IMG/VR virus record: IMGVR_UViG_3300025900_000203
Reading direction: 5' to 3' (one strand)
Origin: an uncultured virus (IMG/VR IMGVR_UViG_3300025900_000203)
Lineage: Duplodnaviria; Heunggongvirae; Uroviricota; Caudoviricetes
DNA: 64,000 nucleotides
Below, piece by piece: positions 18,806 through 28,908 of this stretch. The notes under the pieces are model-generated. The model saw only the letters and a list, made by a program, of their open reading frames with translations. It was not told the DNA's origin and did not search any database. Both the position numbers and the translations under genes were made by a program. Position 1 is the stretch's first letter; the number at the start of each line of letters is the position of its first letter.

Positions 18806-19574
18806 AGTCCCAGTAGCCCGAGTAATCCTTCGGCCATGGAGTCCACGCGTCGCCACGTGACCACAGAAGTGTGGCCTCGTCGAGATAGCTCGAGTCCATC
18901 GTGTTACAGCCGAGCCCGTGCGTGATCGTGCCTGTGTTCGCGTGCTCGCGATCGTATCGTGCATGCCAATGCCCATGCACGTGACGCTCGGGACGGTGCT
19001 GGCAGATCAGCGCGTCGATGCCGGCCATCGAGATCTGCTGCTGTCGCTGATACGTGGCGGAACCCTTGGCCGAGAACCCAGGAGGCATCGCGTTCGCATC
19101 GTGCGTAACGAGCACGTGGATCGGTCCGTTCGCTTCCCGAGCCCATGCGAGTTCCTCCATCTTGATGACCTCTTCGGGCCACCAGGAGACACCCGCGACG
19201 CGACTTGCCCGATCGATCGAGGGTGCGCCACCTAGAAACAAGAATCGAGTGCCGTCGACGTCTTCATGCACAGATCCACGAGGCTGGTAGATCACGTTCG
19301 GCGCGATCGTGACTCCGCGATCGTTGGCTCCACAGAAGAGTCGGCGTAGGGCTGGATGATTGTCGTGGTTACCGTCGACGAAGCGCATCGTGACGCCGGC
19401 AGCAACGAGCTTATTTGCAAGCGGTAGAAGTTGATCGTTATCTGGCCACAGGAAGCCCCAATCGCCCACCTGCACGATCTCCGCACCGTGCTCGCGGGCA
19501 CGATTGATCGCAGCCGCAACGAAGTCCAGGTCCCCATGCGTGTCGCCGACGAAAAAATACTGCTTCACGGCCAT
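18795..19574 (-). CDS. calcineurin-like metallophosphoesterase
   Basis: GDTHG, VGDWG, DGNHD, THD, HGHWH. Confidence 0.92.
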   Translation of the reverse strand: MAVKQYFFVGDTHGDLDFVAAAINRAREHGAEIVQVGDWGFLWPDNDQLLPLANKLVAAGVTMRFVDGNHDNHPALRRLFCGANDRGVTIAPNVIYQPRGSVHEDVDGTRFLFLGGAPSIDRASRVAGVSWWPEEVIKMEELAWAREANGPIHVLVTHDANAMPPGFSAKGSATYQRQQQISMAGIDALICQHRPERHVHGHWHARYDREHANTGTITHGLGCNTMDSSYLDEATLLWSRGDAWTPWPKDYSGYWDYDE

Positions 19575-19924
19575 TCTCCGCTACGCAGCAGCGCTTCCGT
19601 TTCCGCCCAGCGCTCGTGCGATGGAATCTCGCGTCCGTGGACGTACGCTTCTAGCGCGTCGGCCTCCTTCACCACGAGCCCGAGCTCACGCATGCGCTGG
19701 CGACCGAGCAGCGTGGTCACGTGACGATAGGCTTGCCACGTCGCGAGGAAGAGCTGGTTGCACGCAGGCGTTCCGGGCGTCGGTAGCGGAAGCTGGTGTT
19801 CGTCCTTCTGCGTGCGATCGCTCGCGTAGATCGCACAGAGTAGCGCCATGTGCTCTGTCGTTGGCGCTCCAGCGGAGGGTTGAGCCATAGCGATGCCGCG
19901 ATCGAAAAACTTCGAACTGCTCAT
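19565..19924 (-). CDS. hypothetical protein
   Basis: ORF in co-directional run. Confidence 0.55.
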   Translation of the reverse strand: MSSSKFFDRGIAMAQPSAGAPTTEHMALLCAIYASDRTQKDEHQLPLPTPGTPACNQLFLATWQAYRHVTTLLGRQRMRELGLVVKEADALEAYVHGREIPSHERWAETEALLRSGEWP

Positions 19925-20087
19925 CGAGGTTTCGATTCCTTTTGCATGAACTCCAGGATGGTGCGCTCGAGGTCCGCCATGTCCATAGTTGAGAGCACGA
20001 CCGACGGTCCACGAAATCCACGCCGAATCTCGCGCCCCAGCTCCGTACGAATCGTAATGTTCTGGAGCGGAATACGTTTCGAATCAG

Positions 20088-20303
20088 TCACCAGTCACCT
20101 CCACTCAGGGTCGGCACATATTCGAGCGCTCTGGATCGATCCGGCCGCTTCGTGCCGCCTGCGTCGTGAGAGTCCATCGACATCATGTGCAGGTTGCCGC
20201 TACCGGCGACGTAGAGTTGCCAACCATCGGCCGCGATCGCCCGCAGTAGCTCCGCCGCGGCGTGCAAGCGTTTCGCGTTCGTCTTCTCACGTCGAGGCTT
20301 CAT
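20088..20303 (-). CDS. hypothetical protein
   Basis: GAGGAG RBS; ends GGDW. Confidence 0.6.
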   Translation of the reverse strand: MKPRREKTNAKRLHAAAELLRAIAADGWQLYVAGSGNLHMMSMDSHDAGGTKRPDRSRALEYVPTLSGGDW

Positions 20304-20351
20304 GCTCTAGGACTCCTCCTCGCGATCGAAAGCAGCGCAGGTTCGGGCTGC

Positions 20352-20642
20352 TCACTTTTGCCAATCCTCGATCGCATTCGAAATCGCCTCTGCGAACGTC
20401 TTGCCGCTTCCGCGGCCGACATGACCATTCGATGCGCTGTCAACGACAGCGTTGTAGCTGGCAACAGCGTCGCGGCCGAAGGATGCCGGCGCGCGCCGGA
20501 TCGACAGTTCAAGCCCAAGGATCAGAAGGTGGGTTTGCACCTCCACGAGCGTCATGTCGTTGGTGAGGGTGATCGTTCGTCTGGTAGCCACGGGTAGATC
20601 TACTTTCCCTCGTCGGTGAGACGAGTTTCCATACGGCGGCAT
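20352..20642 (-). CDS. hypothetical protein
   Basis: 3' part of ORF 20352..20762; start uncertain. Confidence 0.45.
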   Translation of the reverse strand: MPPYGNSSHRRGKVDLPVATRRTITLTNDMTLVEVQTHLLILGLELSIRRAPASFGRDAVASYNAVVDSASNGHVGRGSGKTFAEAISNAIEDWQK

Positions 20643-20680
20643 CTGGATCGTTCGGTCCTCGCCGCCGCTCGCCGGCGCGG

Positions 20681-21235
20681 TCACGAGAACCTCACCACAC
20701 CGCGCGAGGTGGCGACCTGCGAGAAGACCTTCGCGAGGTCGTCGTACTTGCGCAGAAACCAAGCGTCGTCGGCGCCGACGCGATGCTCGCTGAACAATTC
20801 GCGATGCGACAGGCCATTGCTCGAACCGCGGAAGTCGGCCGAGATCCGCGCAGCCGTGGTCCAGCTGATGGTTCCTTCGTTATCGGCGAAGTTGATCAGC
20901 GGCGCGAACGGAAGACTCAGCCTTGTCGGATCCTCCCACAAGATCTGAGGCAGGATGCCGAGAACGGATCGACACAGTCGCTCGCGCCAGACGTTGTAGC
21001 CGGAGTACGACATCGACACGGAATCGGTGCGGCCGTTGGCGACGAAGCACCCATAGCGGACGAGGGTGCCGTAACGAGCCGCATGTTCTTCGATGATGGG
21101 GAGGTCGCGCGCTCGCTCCGCGAACACATCGAGGTTGTAGAGCCGAAGGTGATCGCACTGTTCGCACCACTTGCCAGGCTCAGTGATGCACTCGACGCGC
21201 CTCACGTTCAGGTATCCGTAGATGTCGACGCCCAT
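20681..21235 (-). CDS. phage-type hypothetical protein
   Basis: MGVDIY N-terminus, SYSGYNxWRExL, LINFADNEGTI. Confidence 0.7.
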   Translation of the reverse strand: MGVDIYGYLNVRRVECITEPGKWCEQCDHLRLYNLDVFAERARDLPIIEEHAARYGTLVRYGCFVANGRTDSVSMSYSGYNVWRERLCRSVLGILPQILWEDPTRLSLPFAPLINFADNEGTISWTTAARISADFRGSSNGLSHRELFSEHRVGADDAWFLRKYDDLAKVFSQVATSRGVVRFS

Positions 21236-21338
21236 TGCTACTTGGCTCCCTTTTTCGGCACGCCCGACTTGCCCTTGGCATCGGCGGCCGGAGTAGAGGC
21301 CCCGTCTCCTTCGCCACCACGGCGAGAACGACGTCTCC

Positions 21339-22154
21339 TCATGCTGCCTCCGCGTCGATCTTCTTGGGATACGCGATCGGCTCTCCATTCGCGTCGACGA
21401 TCGCGAGCTTGGCCACCTCTCGTCGCAGCCGCCGATTCAACGCCCAGAGGTAGCGATGATTCCCCCGATGTCGAACACGCCGGGCGATGCGCGCAAGCGC
21501 GTTCTGCATCCAAGCGCCGAGGTCTTGGCCGATGTCGGACGGCCGCTCTGCACCGTGGGCGACGAGCTGATCGATCGCGTAGCGGTAGCCACGCTCTCGT
21601 GCACGGATCTTGGACATCGCACGCTTGGAGAACACGGTTCCATCTGGAAGGAGCCAGAGTAGCTGCGACGATGCGCGGCCCCCATAGATCGCATTCGTGG
21701 CCTGGTAGATGTTGCCCACGTGCCCCGGCAACACGAGCGTGCCCGTGGTCGTTCGACGAGGTAGCGGATCACTGTGACTGATGAGCGCTTCGATGCCGCG
21801 GACGCGGAGCAGGTCGAAGCAGCGTGCCAGGAACCAGCTCTCTCCGTTGCCGGGAACGCTCGAGAGGAGCACAAAACGTCCCAGTTCGATACCCGCCATC
21901 CGCTCGCACGGAAGTCGACGGAGCACCGCTTCATTCGGCGGATGTGAGAACACCGCGACACCCACGAGCTGCTCGCCTTGGTAGAGGCCGTAGCGTGCAC
22001 GAGCTGCCGGGTAGCTGCCGCTGTAATGGTGCTCTTCGACAAAACGCTTGGGCGTTGTGTCATCGAAGAGCTCCGCAACTTCGTACGCGCTTGTGTCGAT
22101 GATCTCGCTCGGATCTCTCCACGATCCGAGACGCTGGTACCAGCGCTGGTTCAC
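21339..22154 (-). CDS. Mom-family (GNAT-fold) DNA adenine modification protein
   Basis: FVEEHHYS, LVGVAVF, ELGRFVL, NGESWFLA, SHSDP, GHVGNIYQATN; GGAGGA RBS before GTG. Confidence 0.8.
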   Translation of the reverse strand: MNQRWYQRLGSWRDPSEIIDTSAYEVAELFDDTTPKRFVEEHHYSGSYPAARARYGLYQGEQLVGVAVFSHPPNEAVLRRLPCERMAGIELGRFVLLSSVPGNGESWFLARCFDLLRVRGIEALISHSDPLPRRTTTGTLVLPGHVGNIYQATNAIYGGRASSQLLWLLPDGTVFSKRAMSKIRARERGYRYAIDQLVAHGAERPSDIGQDLGAWMQNALARIARRVRHRGNHRYLWALNRRLRREVAKLAIVDANGEPIAYPKKIDAEAA

Positions 22155-22516
22155 GGCGCATCCTCCGCGAAGTGCGTTTTGATGGCAACGCGACGACCTT
22201 CGACGTCGAACTTGGCAAGCTGGATCCAAGCCTGGATCGCGATGGAGACTGTCGTGTCTTCCTTGGTGGAGACGTGGTAGCGCGCCTGTTCCATCACCTT
22301 CGTCAGCAAGTCGAGATCGCGCCAGGCGAGGCGAAAGGTCGATGGGAACTCCCCATCGCACGCCGTGTTGTGGAGACCGTTGATCACTCCCGCCGTTCCA
22401 GCTTCGCGACACTTGTAGTCGTAGTGGTTCGCAGCCACCCGCTTGAGGAGCGTCGTCCACGTCAGTGGTAACGAAACCACGAGATACACCTCGTAGTCGA
22501 ACTTCATCGCCGTCAT
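22151..22516 (-). CDS. hypothetical protein
   Basis: Overlapping operon gene. Confidence 0.6.
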   Translation of the reverse strand: MTAMKFDYEVYLVVSLPLTWTTLLKRVAANHYDYKCREAGTAGVINGLHNTACDGEFPSTFRLAWRDLDLLTKVMEQARYHVSTKEDTTVSIAIQAWIQLAKFDVEGRRVAIKTHFAEDAP

Positions 22517-22941
22517 GCAGCCACCTCGTGCAATTGCTGACGAAGCTGCGCGGCGAGATCCCGGTATTCGCGCAACGCCCCGCACCAGCTAGTCAAGATG
22601 TCGTCGATCGCATCCGGGCCCGAAGCTGTCTCGCCGTAGCGAACGTTGTCCTTCGCGCACACCACGTTTACCGCAGCACGGCACCCGACGAACTGCGTCG
22701 CGGTCACATCGACAATCGTGACCCCGACGTGGTTCCACGCGTGCCGATGCGGATAACGTTTGTGCCCGAAGCGCGTGTCTTTCGCCATGTAGAATCCCGT
22801 GCGTAGTGCCCACGGATCTGCAAGCTTGACGGCGATGAGCAGCGCGGCGAGTCCGCATTGTCCGGCGAGATCGCGGGGAAGTCGGCGCTTCAGGAGTTGC
22901 GCGCGAACATCGCGCGCGGTTGCCAGTACGTTTTCCCTCAT
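22513..22941 (-). CDS. possible papain/transglutaminase-like fold protein
   Basis: GQC...HAW...IVDVTATQF, a Cys-His-Asp arrangement. Confidence 0.5.
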   Translation of the reverse strand: MRENVLATARDVRAQLLKRRLPRDLAGQCGLAALLIAVKLADPWALRTGFYMAKDTRFGHKRYPHRHAWNHVGVTIVDVTATQFVGCRAAVNVVCAKDNVRYGETASGPDAIDDILTSWCGALREYRDLAAQLRQQLHEVAA

Positions 22942-23333
22942 GCGCGAGGCTTCTCCCACGTTAGCTCGCCCGGCCGGCAGTCGCTGTAGTTGTCGCGACC
23001 CTCCGACACGTAAAGGCCGCAGGACAGCGCGAAGGTTGGGCGATGGAACTTGAAGGTTTCGCAGAGCGACTCGGCCATCGCGGCAACCGTCTCGCGATAC
23101 TTAAGCTCTTCTGCGTGCCAGAAACGATCGCCATCGTTCAACTTTCGATCATTGAACTTCTTGACCTTCTCCAAGACGACCACGGCCAACCGGGAAAACG
23201 TCGCCTCGATCGAGTGGTCGCGGTCGCGGTCGACATGCTGGGTCCAGGGGACCCCGCACGAACAATCCGCACAACCGTTGTAGGCGTGGCGTTCGACGGA
23301 ACAGTTGCAGCAACGCACAGTGTTCGTGCTCAT
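22938..23333 (-). CDS. Cys-rich hypothetical protein
   Basis: First gene downstream of sigma54 promoter. Confidence 0.6.
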   Translation of the reverse strand: MSTNTVRCCNCSVERHAYNGCADCSCGVPWTQHVDRDRDHSIEATFSRLAVVVLEKVKKFNDRKLNDGDRFWHAEELKYRETVAAMAESLCETFKFHRPTFALSCGLYVSEGRDNYSDCRPGELTWEKPRA

Positions 23334-23349
23334 AGCGAAGAAGCTCCCT

Positions 23350-23417
23350 TGCGGATCGCGTGCCGGCTGAACATCCACCTAACTGATTGATCTGACCGTC
23401 TGGGTATCGAGCTACCC
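23350..23417 (-). promoter_or_regulatory. sigma54-type promoter, IHF-like site and GGGT-N8-ACCC box
   Basis: CGGCACGCGATCCGCA (23365-23350); GATCAATCAGTTA (23392-23380); GGGTATCGAGCTACCC (23402-23417), 37 nt from GG. Confidence 0.8.
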
Positions 23418-23468
23418 GTGTAACGCAAGCGCCACCGCTTGTGGCGCCCAAGCGACAGGATCTCGAGA

Positions 23469-25466
23469 TCACTCCCGCACGTATTCCTTGCGGAGCTTGT
23501 TGAACGCGCGCTTCGAAAGTGAGATCGCAAGCTTAAGCTCGAGATGCCTCCACGGGTTGTCGAGCTGCGAGTCCTGTGGATCGATCCGCTGAAGGATGCT
23601 GTTGCCGGTGTACGGCTCATGGGTCGTCCAGTGCTGGAGAGGCCAAGGTATCTTCCCTGCTGGGATACCCATGAGCAGCGCGAGCGCTCGCGGGTTGTCA
23701 GGGCTGATCAAGGTGAACACCGAGGCTCGTGAGGGTGGGTTGATGGCGCATTCGAAGTACCGCCCATTCCATTTCCCGAAGCGGAGACCCTCCGGCGTTC
23801 CCCCGTAAGTCTTGTACCAATCACGGCCTTCCTTCTGCTGAAGGATGTTGCCGGTTGACCAACGCAACGTGTCGCGCGTAGGAAACGGCTCTTTCTCCGT
23901 GCTCTTCCACGAAGTCTTGGGGGCGATGAGTGAGCCCCGTGCGACGGCGGCCCAAAGGAAGGGCAGGTTTCGCTCGAGACGCTTGCGATACCAGGCAAGG
24001 ATCGTTGCCTGCTTCGCTGCGAAGTCCGCCGTCGCGAGCCGTTGCACCCCGTTGATGAGATTCACACGCCCGTACCAGGAGCGTGTCTGCTCAATGTCCG
24101 CGGCTGTGCCAAAGTAGCTTGGGTCGAGTGCCATCGGCTCGATCGCTACCTTGCGGAGATCGCGACCTCCCCAGCGCATGACTCCAGGCTGCTGCCGCTC
24201 TCGTGGGAGATCCTCGATGTGCGCATCCCCCGGTAGAAGTTTTTGGGCGGCTTTCCCCGCGTACAGCGCTTGGCGATCTCCCACGACATCGAGCAAGATC
24301 TCCGGCACCTGATGGCGGTAGCGCTCCTCGAGCCACGCGTTGTGCCCGAGCGGCGGCTTATTTTTCGCACGCTCCGCCGTCGTTGTCGTTGTCGTGAGGG
24401 CCGGCAGGACGAGCGGCGTGTAGTGACCCGTTGACACGAGAGCGCTCTGTGCCGCCACGAGAGCATGAGGAGCGACCACCATCTCGCCGGTGTACGAGAG
24501 CTGTGGCAGCTTCTCGTCGTCGCGATCGAACTTCGCCGCGATCAGCTCAAAGAGTAGGATCAGCCAAACGAACTCCGGCGGTTCCAGCTCGGAGATTTCA
24601 GCGATCGCCTGGGCCTTTGCATCGAGCGGTACCAGTGCATGTTTTCTAGACGTGCGCTTGACCGGATCTTCTTCGAGAAGCCTGTAGGGGAACCAGTGCT
24701 GCCGCGCACGCTCTTCGAGCTGTCGATCCGGCCGCCGCGTCATGTTGTGATACTCGGGGTGCGCGCCGTCCTGGAAGTCGGTCAAGGTCGTGATCGTTTC
24801 GCCATTGCGGAGGCCGAGCGCGAAGTACGCCTTGCAGTTGTCCCCGGATCGAATCAACGCGAGTGTGATGCCTGAAACCATTTGATGTCGGAGGGCGTGC
24901 AAGAACGAGTTGATGCTCGAGAACTCGTAGATCTTCCGGTTGTACTGGAGCGGTTTGGGATCCCGAGCTCCCTGCGTGAACTGATGGATCGCTAGCGTGA
25001 CCAGGCTGCGTGACGCGGCAAGGCGGAGTTCTCCGAGTGCCCTTTCGTCGTTGAGGATCTTTTGAAGCGCGGGTAGCTCGTAGCTGTAATGGGTTGCGGC
25101 GGATCGCAACGCCCCCCGGAATGCGACGATCGCCTCTTCGCACGATGCTTGGGTGACCAGCGCATGGAACGCTCGCAGGGGACCGAGTGTTTCTTCGACC
25201 TCGTCCGCCGCATAGAGGAGCGTGTGAAAACGGAGCGACTTCTCTTTGACGTACGTCTCGAACAACCCGCGCAACAGCAGGATTGCTGTCGTGCCGGTCG
25301 GATCCTGCACACGAGCGTCGTTGAGCGCGGCGACGTACTTTTGGAGGTCGTGATCCTGGAACTCAGAGTTATTGAACGAGATCGTGTACGTGTTCGTGCC
25401 GAGCTTGGTGCCCGTGAGCTGGGCCCACAGCGGCACGGCCGCATTCAGGATCTCGTTGAGCGTCAT
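23469..25466 (-). CDS. large hypothetical protein (665 aa)
   Basis: Long uninterrupted ORF; no motif recognised. Confidence 0.8.
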   Translation of the reverse strand: MTLNEILNAAVPLWAQLTGTKLGTNTYTISFNNSEFQDHDLQKYVAALNDARVQDPTGTTAILLLRGLFETYVKEKSLRFHTLLYAADEVEETLGPLRAFHALVTQASCEEAIVAFRGALRSAATHYSYELPALQKILNDERALGELRLAASRSLVTLAIHQFTQGARDPKPLQYNRKIYEFSSINSFLHALRHQMVSGITLALIRSGDNCKAYFALGLRNGETITTLTDFQDGAHPEYHNMTRRPDRQLEERARQHWFPYRLLEEDPVKRTSRKHALVPLDAKAQAIAEISELEPPEFVWLILLFELIAAKFDRDDEKLPQLSYTGEMVVAPHALVAAQSALVSTGHYTPLVLPALTTTTTTAERAKNKPPLGHNAWLEERYRHQVPEILLDVVGDRQALYAGKAAQKLLPGDAHIEDLPRERQQPGVMRWGGRDLRKVAIEPMALDPSYFGTAADIEQTRSWYGRVNLINGVQRLATADFAAKQATILAWYRKRLERNLPFLWAAVARGSLIAPKTSWKSTEKEPFPTRDTLRWSTGNILQQKEGRDWYKTYGGTPEGLRFGKWNGRYFECAINPPSRASVFTLISPDNPRALALLMGIPAGKIPWPLQHWTTHEPYTGNSILQRIDPQDSQLDNPWRHLELKLAISLSKRAFNKLRKEYVRE

Positions 25467-25924
25467 GACTTCTCGACGAAGAGATCGTCGAAGATGTTCG
25501 GGACTGTTTGATCACGCACGCGTTTCGCTTCGAGTACGGCGACCCCGAGCGGTGTGATGCGTCGACCTGTCCCGCTCCGTGCGATCAGGTGCTGCCGTTC
25601 CAAGCTGTGGATCGTGTGGCCGTGCACGCGTCCCCAAGATGCGTTCGCGAAAGCTACCCCGAGCCCGAGGAGCTGCTCGCGGGTGAGCTTGGGCAAGAGC
25701 TGCTCGGCAGCAGCCCGCTGTGACTCGACCGAAGCTTTGTGAGGCGCGTAGCGACCACGTGCGGTCACGCGCACGCGCCGCTTGCAGGTGCCGCAGGCTG
25801 CTTTGCGGTCGAGGCCGACGTCACCAGGCACGGGGACTCCGTCTTCCGAGCCCGTGCAGTATCCGCGATGCACGAGGGCTTCACGGGGCGTAAGCCCGAA
25901 GCGTGCACGCCAGCGGTTCGTCAT
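25463..25924 (-). CDS. Zn-finger/winged-helix-like hypothetical protein
   Basis: C..CxxC..H and LExxHLI...RITPLG. Confidence 0.55.
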   Translation of the reverse strand: MTNRWRARFGLTPREALVHRGYCTGSEDGVPVPGDVGLDRKAACGTCKRRVRVTARGRYAPHKASVESQRAAAEQLLPKLTREQLLGLGVAFANASWGRVHGHTIHSLERQHLIARSGTGRRITPLGVAVLEAKRVRDQTVPNIFDDLFVEKS

Positions 25925-26181
25925 CGATAGTGCTCGAAACGTTTGCGAGCGCTCAGAATGAACCAAGGCATGTCACGCGCGGCGTTTGCGATCGTCCAAC
26001 TATTCTCGTTCGCTCGCTCGAATTGGAGGACCCGGCCGACCGGAAAGAAATTACCGACGTAGGTGTCGGGTTCACGGTTGGTGACCACGACGGCTTTGAA
26101 GGGTTCGAGTGAAACGATCTTCAACTGAAGCCCCATGGACTCAGGATTGATCACTTCATCGATCTCGAATGTTGCCGTCAT
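25921..26181 (-). CDS. hypothetical protein
   Basis: Starts MTATF; operon overlap. Confidence 0.55.
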   Translation of the reverse strand: MTATFEIDEVINPESMGLQLKIVSLEPFKAVVVTNREPDTYVGNFFPVGRVLQFERANENSWTIANAARDMPWFILSARKRFEHYR

Positions 26182-26488
26182 GACGATTTCCAAGGCCAGC
26201 GCCCCAGCTCGATAGACCACTCGGGCACAGGGAAACGATCGTTCGGCGGTATCGCCGATCCGTAGTCGTCGTTGAACCTCCACTCGCCAATCCCTGGTGA
26301 CCACGCGGATCGGATGATGGCTTCCGCACGATCGTGCAGAACGCGTCCGCTCCTTCATCCCCGCCGACACCCGTCTCCCAGAAGGCGAGCACCTCTGGAG
26401 GTGGCGGCCAGGCAACAGGTCGACAATCCGGCTCGTGGTCGGCGTCGCCCTGTTGGTACCACGAGATCCAGCGCAGGTTGTTATGCAT
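26156..26488 (-). CDS. hypothetical protein
   Basis: WISWY...DCRP..WP...FWETG. Confidence 0.55.
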   Translation of the reverse strand: MHNNLRWISWYQQGDADHEPDCRPVAWPPPPEVLAFWETGVGGDEGADAFCTIVRKPSSDPRGHQGLASGGSTTTTDRRYRRTIVSLCPSGLSSWGAGLGNRHDGNIRDR

Positions 26489-26771
26489 CGCTTTTCTCCG
26501 AATCGTGCGACTCGCCGCACGGACAGCTCTCGAACCATTCGGATTCTTCGAGCGTGAGCGGCCGATCCGGTTCCTTCAGACGTGCGAAGTACATGGCCGC
26601 TTCCGTCAGCACGTCGCTCACGCTCGGGCGATGCTCCGAGGCGTAGTCTCCATGGTGCCGCTCGGCAGCTGCGTGCGACGGGAGCCACGTCCACAGCTGG
26701 TCCGCGGAGTTTTCCTCATCCTCCAACTGTCGGAGGAGTTGGATCAGATCCTGTTTGAACGTGGGCTTCAC
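26481..26771 (-). CDS. hypothetical protein
   Basis: Operon overlap; CPCG. Confidence 0.6.
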   Translation of the reverse strand: MKPTFKQDLIQLLRQLEDEENSADQLWTWLPSHAAAERHHGDYASEHRPSVSDVLTEAAMYFARLKEPDRPLTLEESEWFESCPCGESHDSEKSDA

Positions 26772-27163
26772 GCGAGGTCTCCGGGCTTGTCAGGATCGTT
26801 GGGATGGCGCTCGGCGCGGATGAGATACTTTGAGAGGCTCGCGAGCTGATTTCCGAGAAGCGACATCCACTCTCCGTAGGTCAGCTCCCAGTCCCGTTGG
26901 ATCAAGATCATGGCTTCACGCCATGCCCCGAGAGCACGCGAAAGGTGAGGCCTACGCTTGGGGACGATGGTGCACGGCGTGGCGAGTGCTTTTTCGACCG
27001 ACTTGTGCAATCGCATGCCGCCTGTAAGAGCGTCGAGCCGCTCGACGAGCACGGAGAACAGATCTTCATAGTCGAGATCGGGCTGGTTGAGCAGCGCGAG
27101 GTAGCTTGTTCCGAAGGCCGCAGAAGCGGAACGATAGCTTGTGACGCGGCGATGTTCTTTCAC
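26768..27163 (-). CDS. hypothetical protein
   Basis: GTGA overlaps. Confidence 0.6.
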   Translation of the reverse strand: MKEHRRVTSYRSASAAFGTSYLALLNQPDLDYEDLFSVLVERLDALTGGMRLHKSVEKALATPCTIVPKRRPHLSRALGAWREAMILIQRDWELTYGEWMSLLGNQLASLSKYLIRAERHPNDPDKPGDLA

Positions 27164-27486
27164 GGCTTCTGTTCCTCGCAGCGCTTTCGCCAGGCCAACA
27201 ACGTTCGCACCAGATCAGCTGCATCTTCCACCGTCAGGCGATGCCGGAAGCATGTGACGTCGTGCCATTTCAAAGTCCCAGGCTCGACTTCGAAGATCAG
27301 CGCGAAGTCATGCTCCTCGAGATGCTGTCCTAGGACAACACGGCCATCGCCGTAGCCGAGTTTGGTTGCTTCGGCCTCTGGAACCGCGGCGATGAGCGCG
27401 GAAGCGGTCGCCCCGGCTTCGGGATCGCAGCGATGGTGGCTGAATGGCGAAGCGTACCAGCCACAGTCAGGACAGACTTTGCTCAT
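27160..27486 (-). CDS. hypothetical protein with N-terminal CPDC
   Basis: ATGA overlap. Confidence 0.6.
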   Translation of the reverse strand: MSKVCPDCGWYASPFSHHRCDPEAGATASALIAAVPEAEATKLGYGDGRVVLGQHLEEHDFALIFEVEPGTLKWHDVTCFRHRLTVEDAADLVRTLLAWRKRCEEQKP

Positions 27487-27851
27487 GGCACGCTCGATGC
27501 TGGCTTAGCCTCGCTCAGCTCACGTGCTCTGCACATATGCTCTTCGGCTTTTTGGTCGTTGCCGGCCTTGCGCTGCTCCTTGGCAAGCGCGAGGTGCTCT
27601 CCGATCGCGTTGTGCTTGTCGAGATGCTCTTTCGCCTTGGCCTCGTGGTACTTCGCCTGTTCGTGCCGACCAGCGTGAAGAGCCGCGAGCGCTGCATCCT
27701 CGTGAGCGTTGCGAGCTTCGAGATGCTTCGCCTGCCGATTGTGCGGACCGGACGAGTACGACTCGTCAACGGTCTTGGAACGCTTCTCGGCACGCGCTGT
27801 CGCGGCGTCGGACTTTGTCTCTTCCTTGGATTGAGTCACGCTGGTCGACAT
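27483..27851 (-). CDS. His/Ala-rich helical protein
   Basis: GGAGG RBS; periodic His in Ala/Lys/Glu helices. Confidence 0.65.
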   Translation of the reverse strand: MSTSVTQSKEETKSDAATARAEKRSKTVDESYSSGPHNRQAKHLEARNAHEDAALAALHAGRHEQAKYHEAKAKEHLDKHNAIGEHLALAKEQRKAGNDQKAEEHMCRARELSEAKPASSVP

Positions 27852-27970
27852 GTACATCCTCCACAAAGCAAATCGGATGCCGCACCAACGAGGCCGTAAG
27901 TCCGTGGAAGTCAGACGACCCACGTCCACAAGCGGCACACCTTTGAGGCATGCAAGACACGGGTAGCGCA

Positions 27971-28630
27971 TCACCCGGGGTCAGTCCTGCTGTCCAGGAA
28001 GCACCCGGCCGCCGCGCAGCGCGGGCTGGCATGCTGACGATCGCATACCCATCTCGAGATAGGATGTGCCGTGCCTCGACCCCCACACGTGCCGCACTGA
28101 TCTGTTTCGTCGGCCGGTAGAAACCGATCGACACCGCTGCAGTGCATGCAACGTCGTTCCAGCACGAGCCCTCTCTTATCAAGGGTCGTCGTGTTGGACT
28201 TGTCGCGCAGCGCTTCATCCGCGACATGCGCGAACGATGCTGCCCAGGCAGGCCCGAGGCTTCTCGACGAGTCGAGAGCCATCCTTCGCACCTCAAGCAA
28301 AGCATTCTCCAGCTCGGCACTCCGGGCCTTCAGCTTTTGAAGCTCGGCGTCTGCGACACGCACGTCGTAGTCTCGAGCCTCCGCGTAGAGGCGTCGAAGC
28401 TGCGCGAGCTCGCCCCGCATGAGGGCGTTCGCCGATACCAATCGCCGCGCCAACGAACCCGGCGGCATGTCGTCCAGCGAGACCCTCAATTCGCCAGCGG
28501 CTGCCGTGAGATCCGCCTCCGTCGCCCGTAGACGTGCGATCAGCGAGAGCACGTCTTCAGGATCGATGCGAAACCCCCGCATCGCTTCTTCACGTGCCGC
28601 ACGTTCGAGCTTGTCGATGTCGACGGTCAC
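27971..28630 (-). CDS. coiled-coil protein with C-terminal Cys clusters
   Basis: DIDKLE...VLSLIARLR N-terminus, heptads, CxxCxG pairs. Confidence 0.6.
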   Translation of the reverse strand: MTVDIDKLERAAREEAMRGFRIDPEDVLSLIARLRATEADLTAAAGELRVSLDDMPPGSLARRLVSANALMRGELAQLRRLYAEARDYDVRVADAELQKLKARSAELENALLEVRRMALDSSRSLGPAWAASFAHVADEALRDKSNTTTLDKRGLVLERRCMHCSGVDRFLPADETDQCGTCGGRGTAHPISRWVCDRQHASPRCAAAGCFLDSRTDPG

Positions 28631-28649
28631 AGCATGACTCCGGTCTCGA

Positions 28650-28877
28650 TCATGGTTCCTTCGCGCGAGAGATTTCTACATCTTGCACGAACTCGGCCAA
28701 CTCTCCGGTAAGTGCAATATGGCGCAACCTGCCAGCTCGCTCGCACACGAGGATCTCTACAGCGTAGTTTCTGTTGACGATGACGAGTACGATCTCGCCA
28801 ACGATATGCCTGCCATCTGGATCGCTGCGATCGATGTAGCTGATCATGCGGCCGACGAGATTTGTCATCATGTGCAT
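28650..28877 (-). CDS. hypothetical protein
   Basis: TAGAGT 6 nt upstream of ATG; resembles 54098..54328 (GxxxSxI/L...IVGEIV). Confidence 0.55.
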   Translation of the reverse strand: MHMMTNLVGRMISYIDRSDPDGRHIVGEIVLVIVNRNYAVEILVCERAGRLRHIALTGELAEFVQDVEISRAKEP

Positions 28878-28908
28878 TGATCCACTCTAGCGCATAACGC
28901 GATCCTTG

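Noticed and set aside
20783..21781. 332-aa plus-strand ORF and similar Arg-rich ORFs throughout
   Set aside because: Antisense or alternate-frame shadows typical of high-GC DNA, overlapping better-supported genes.
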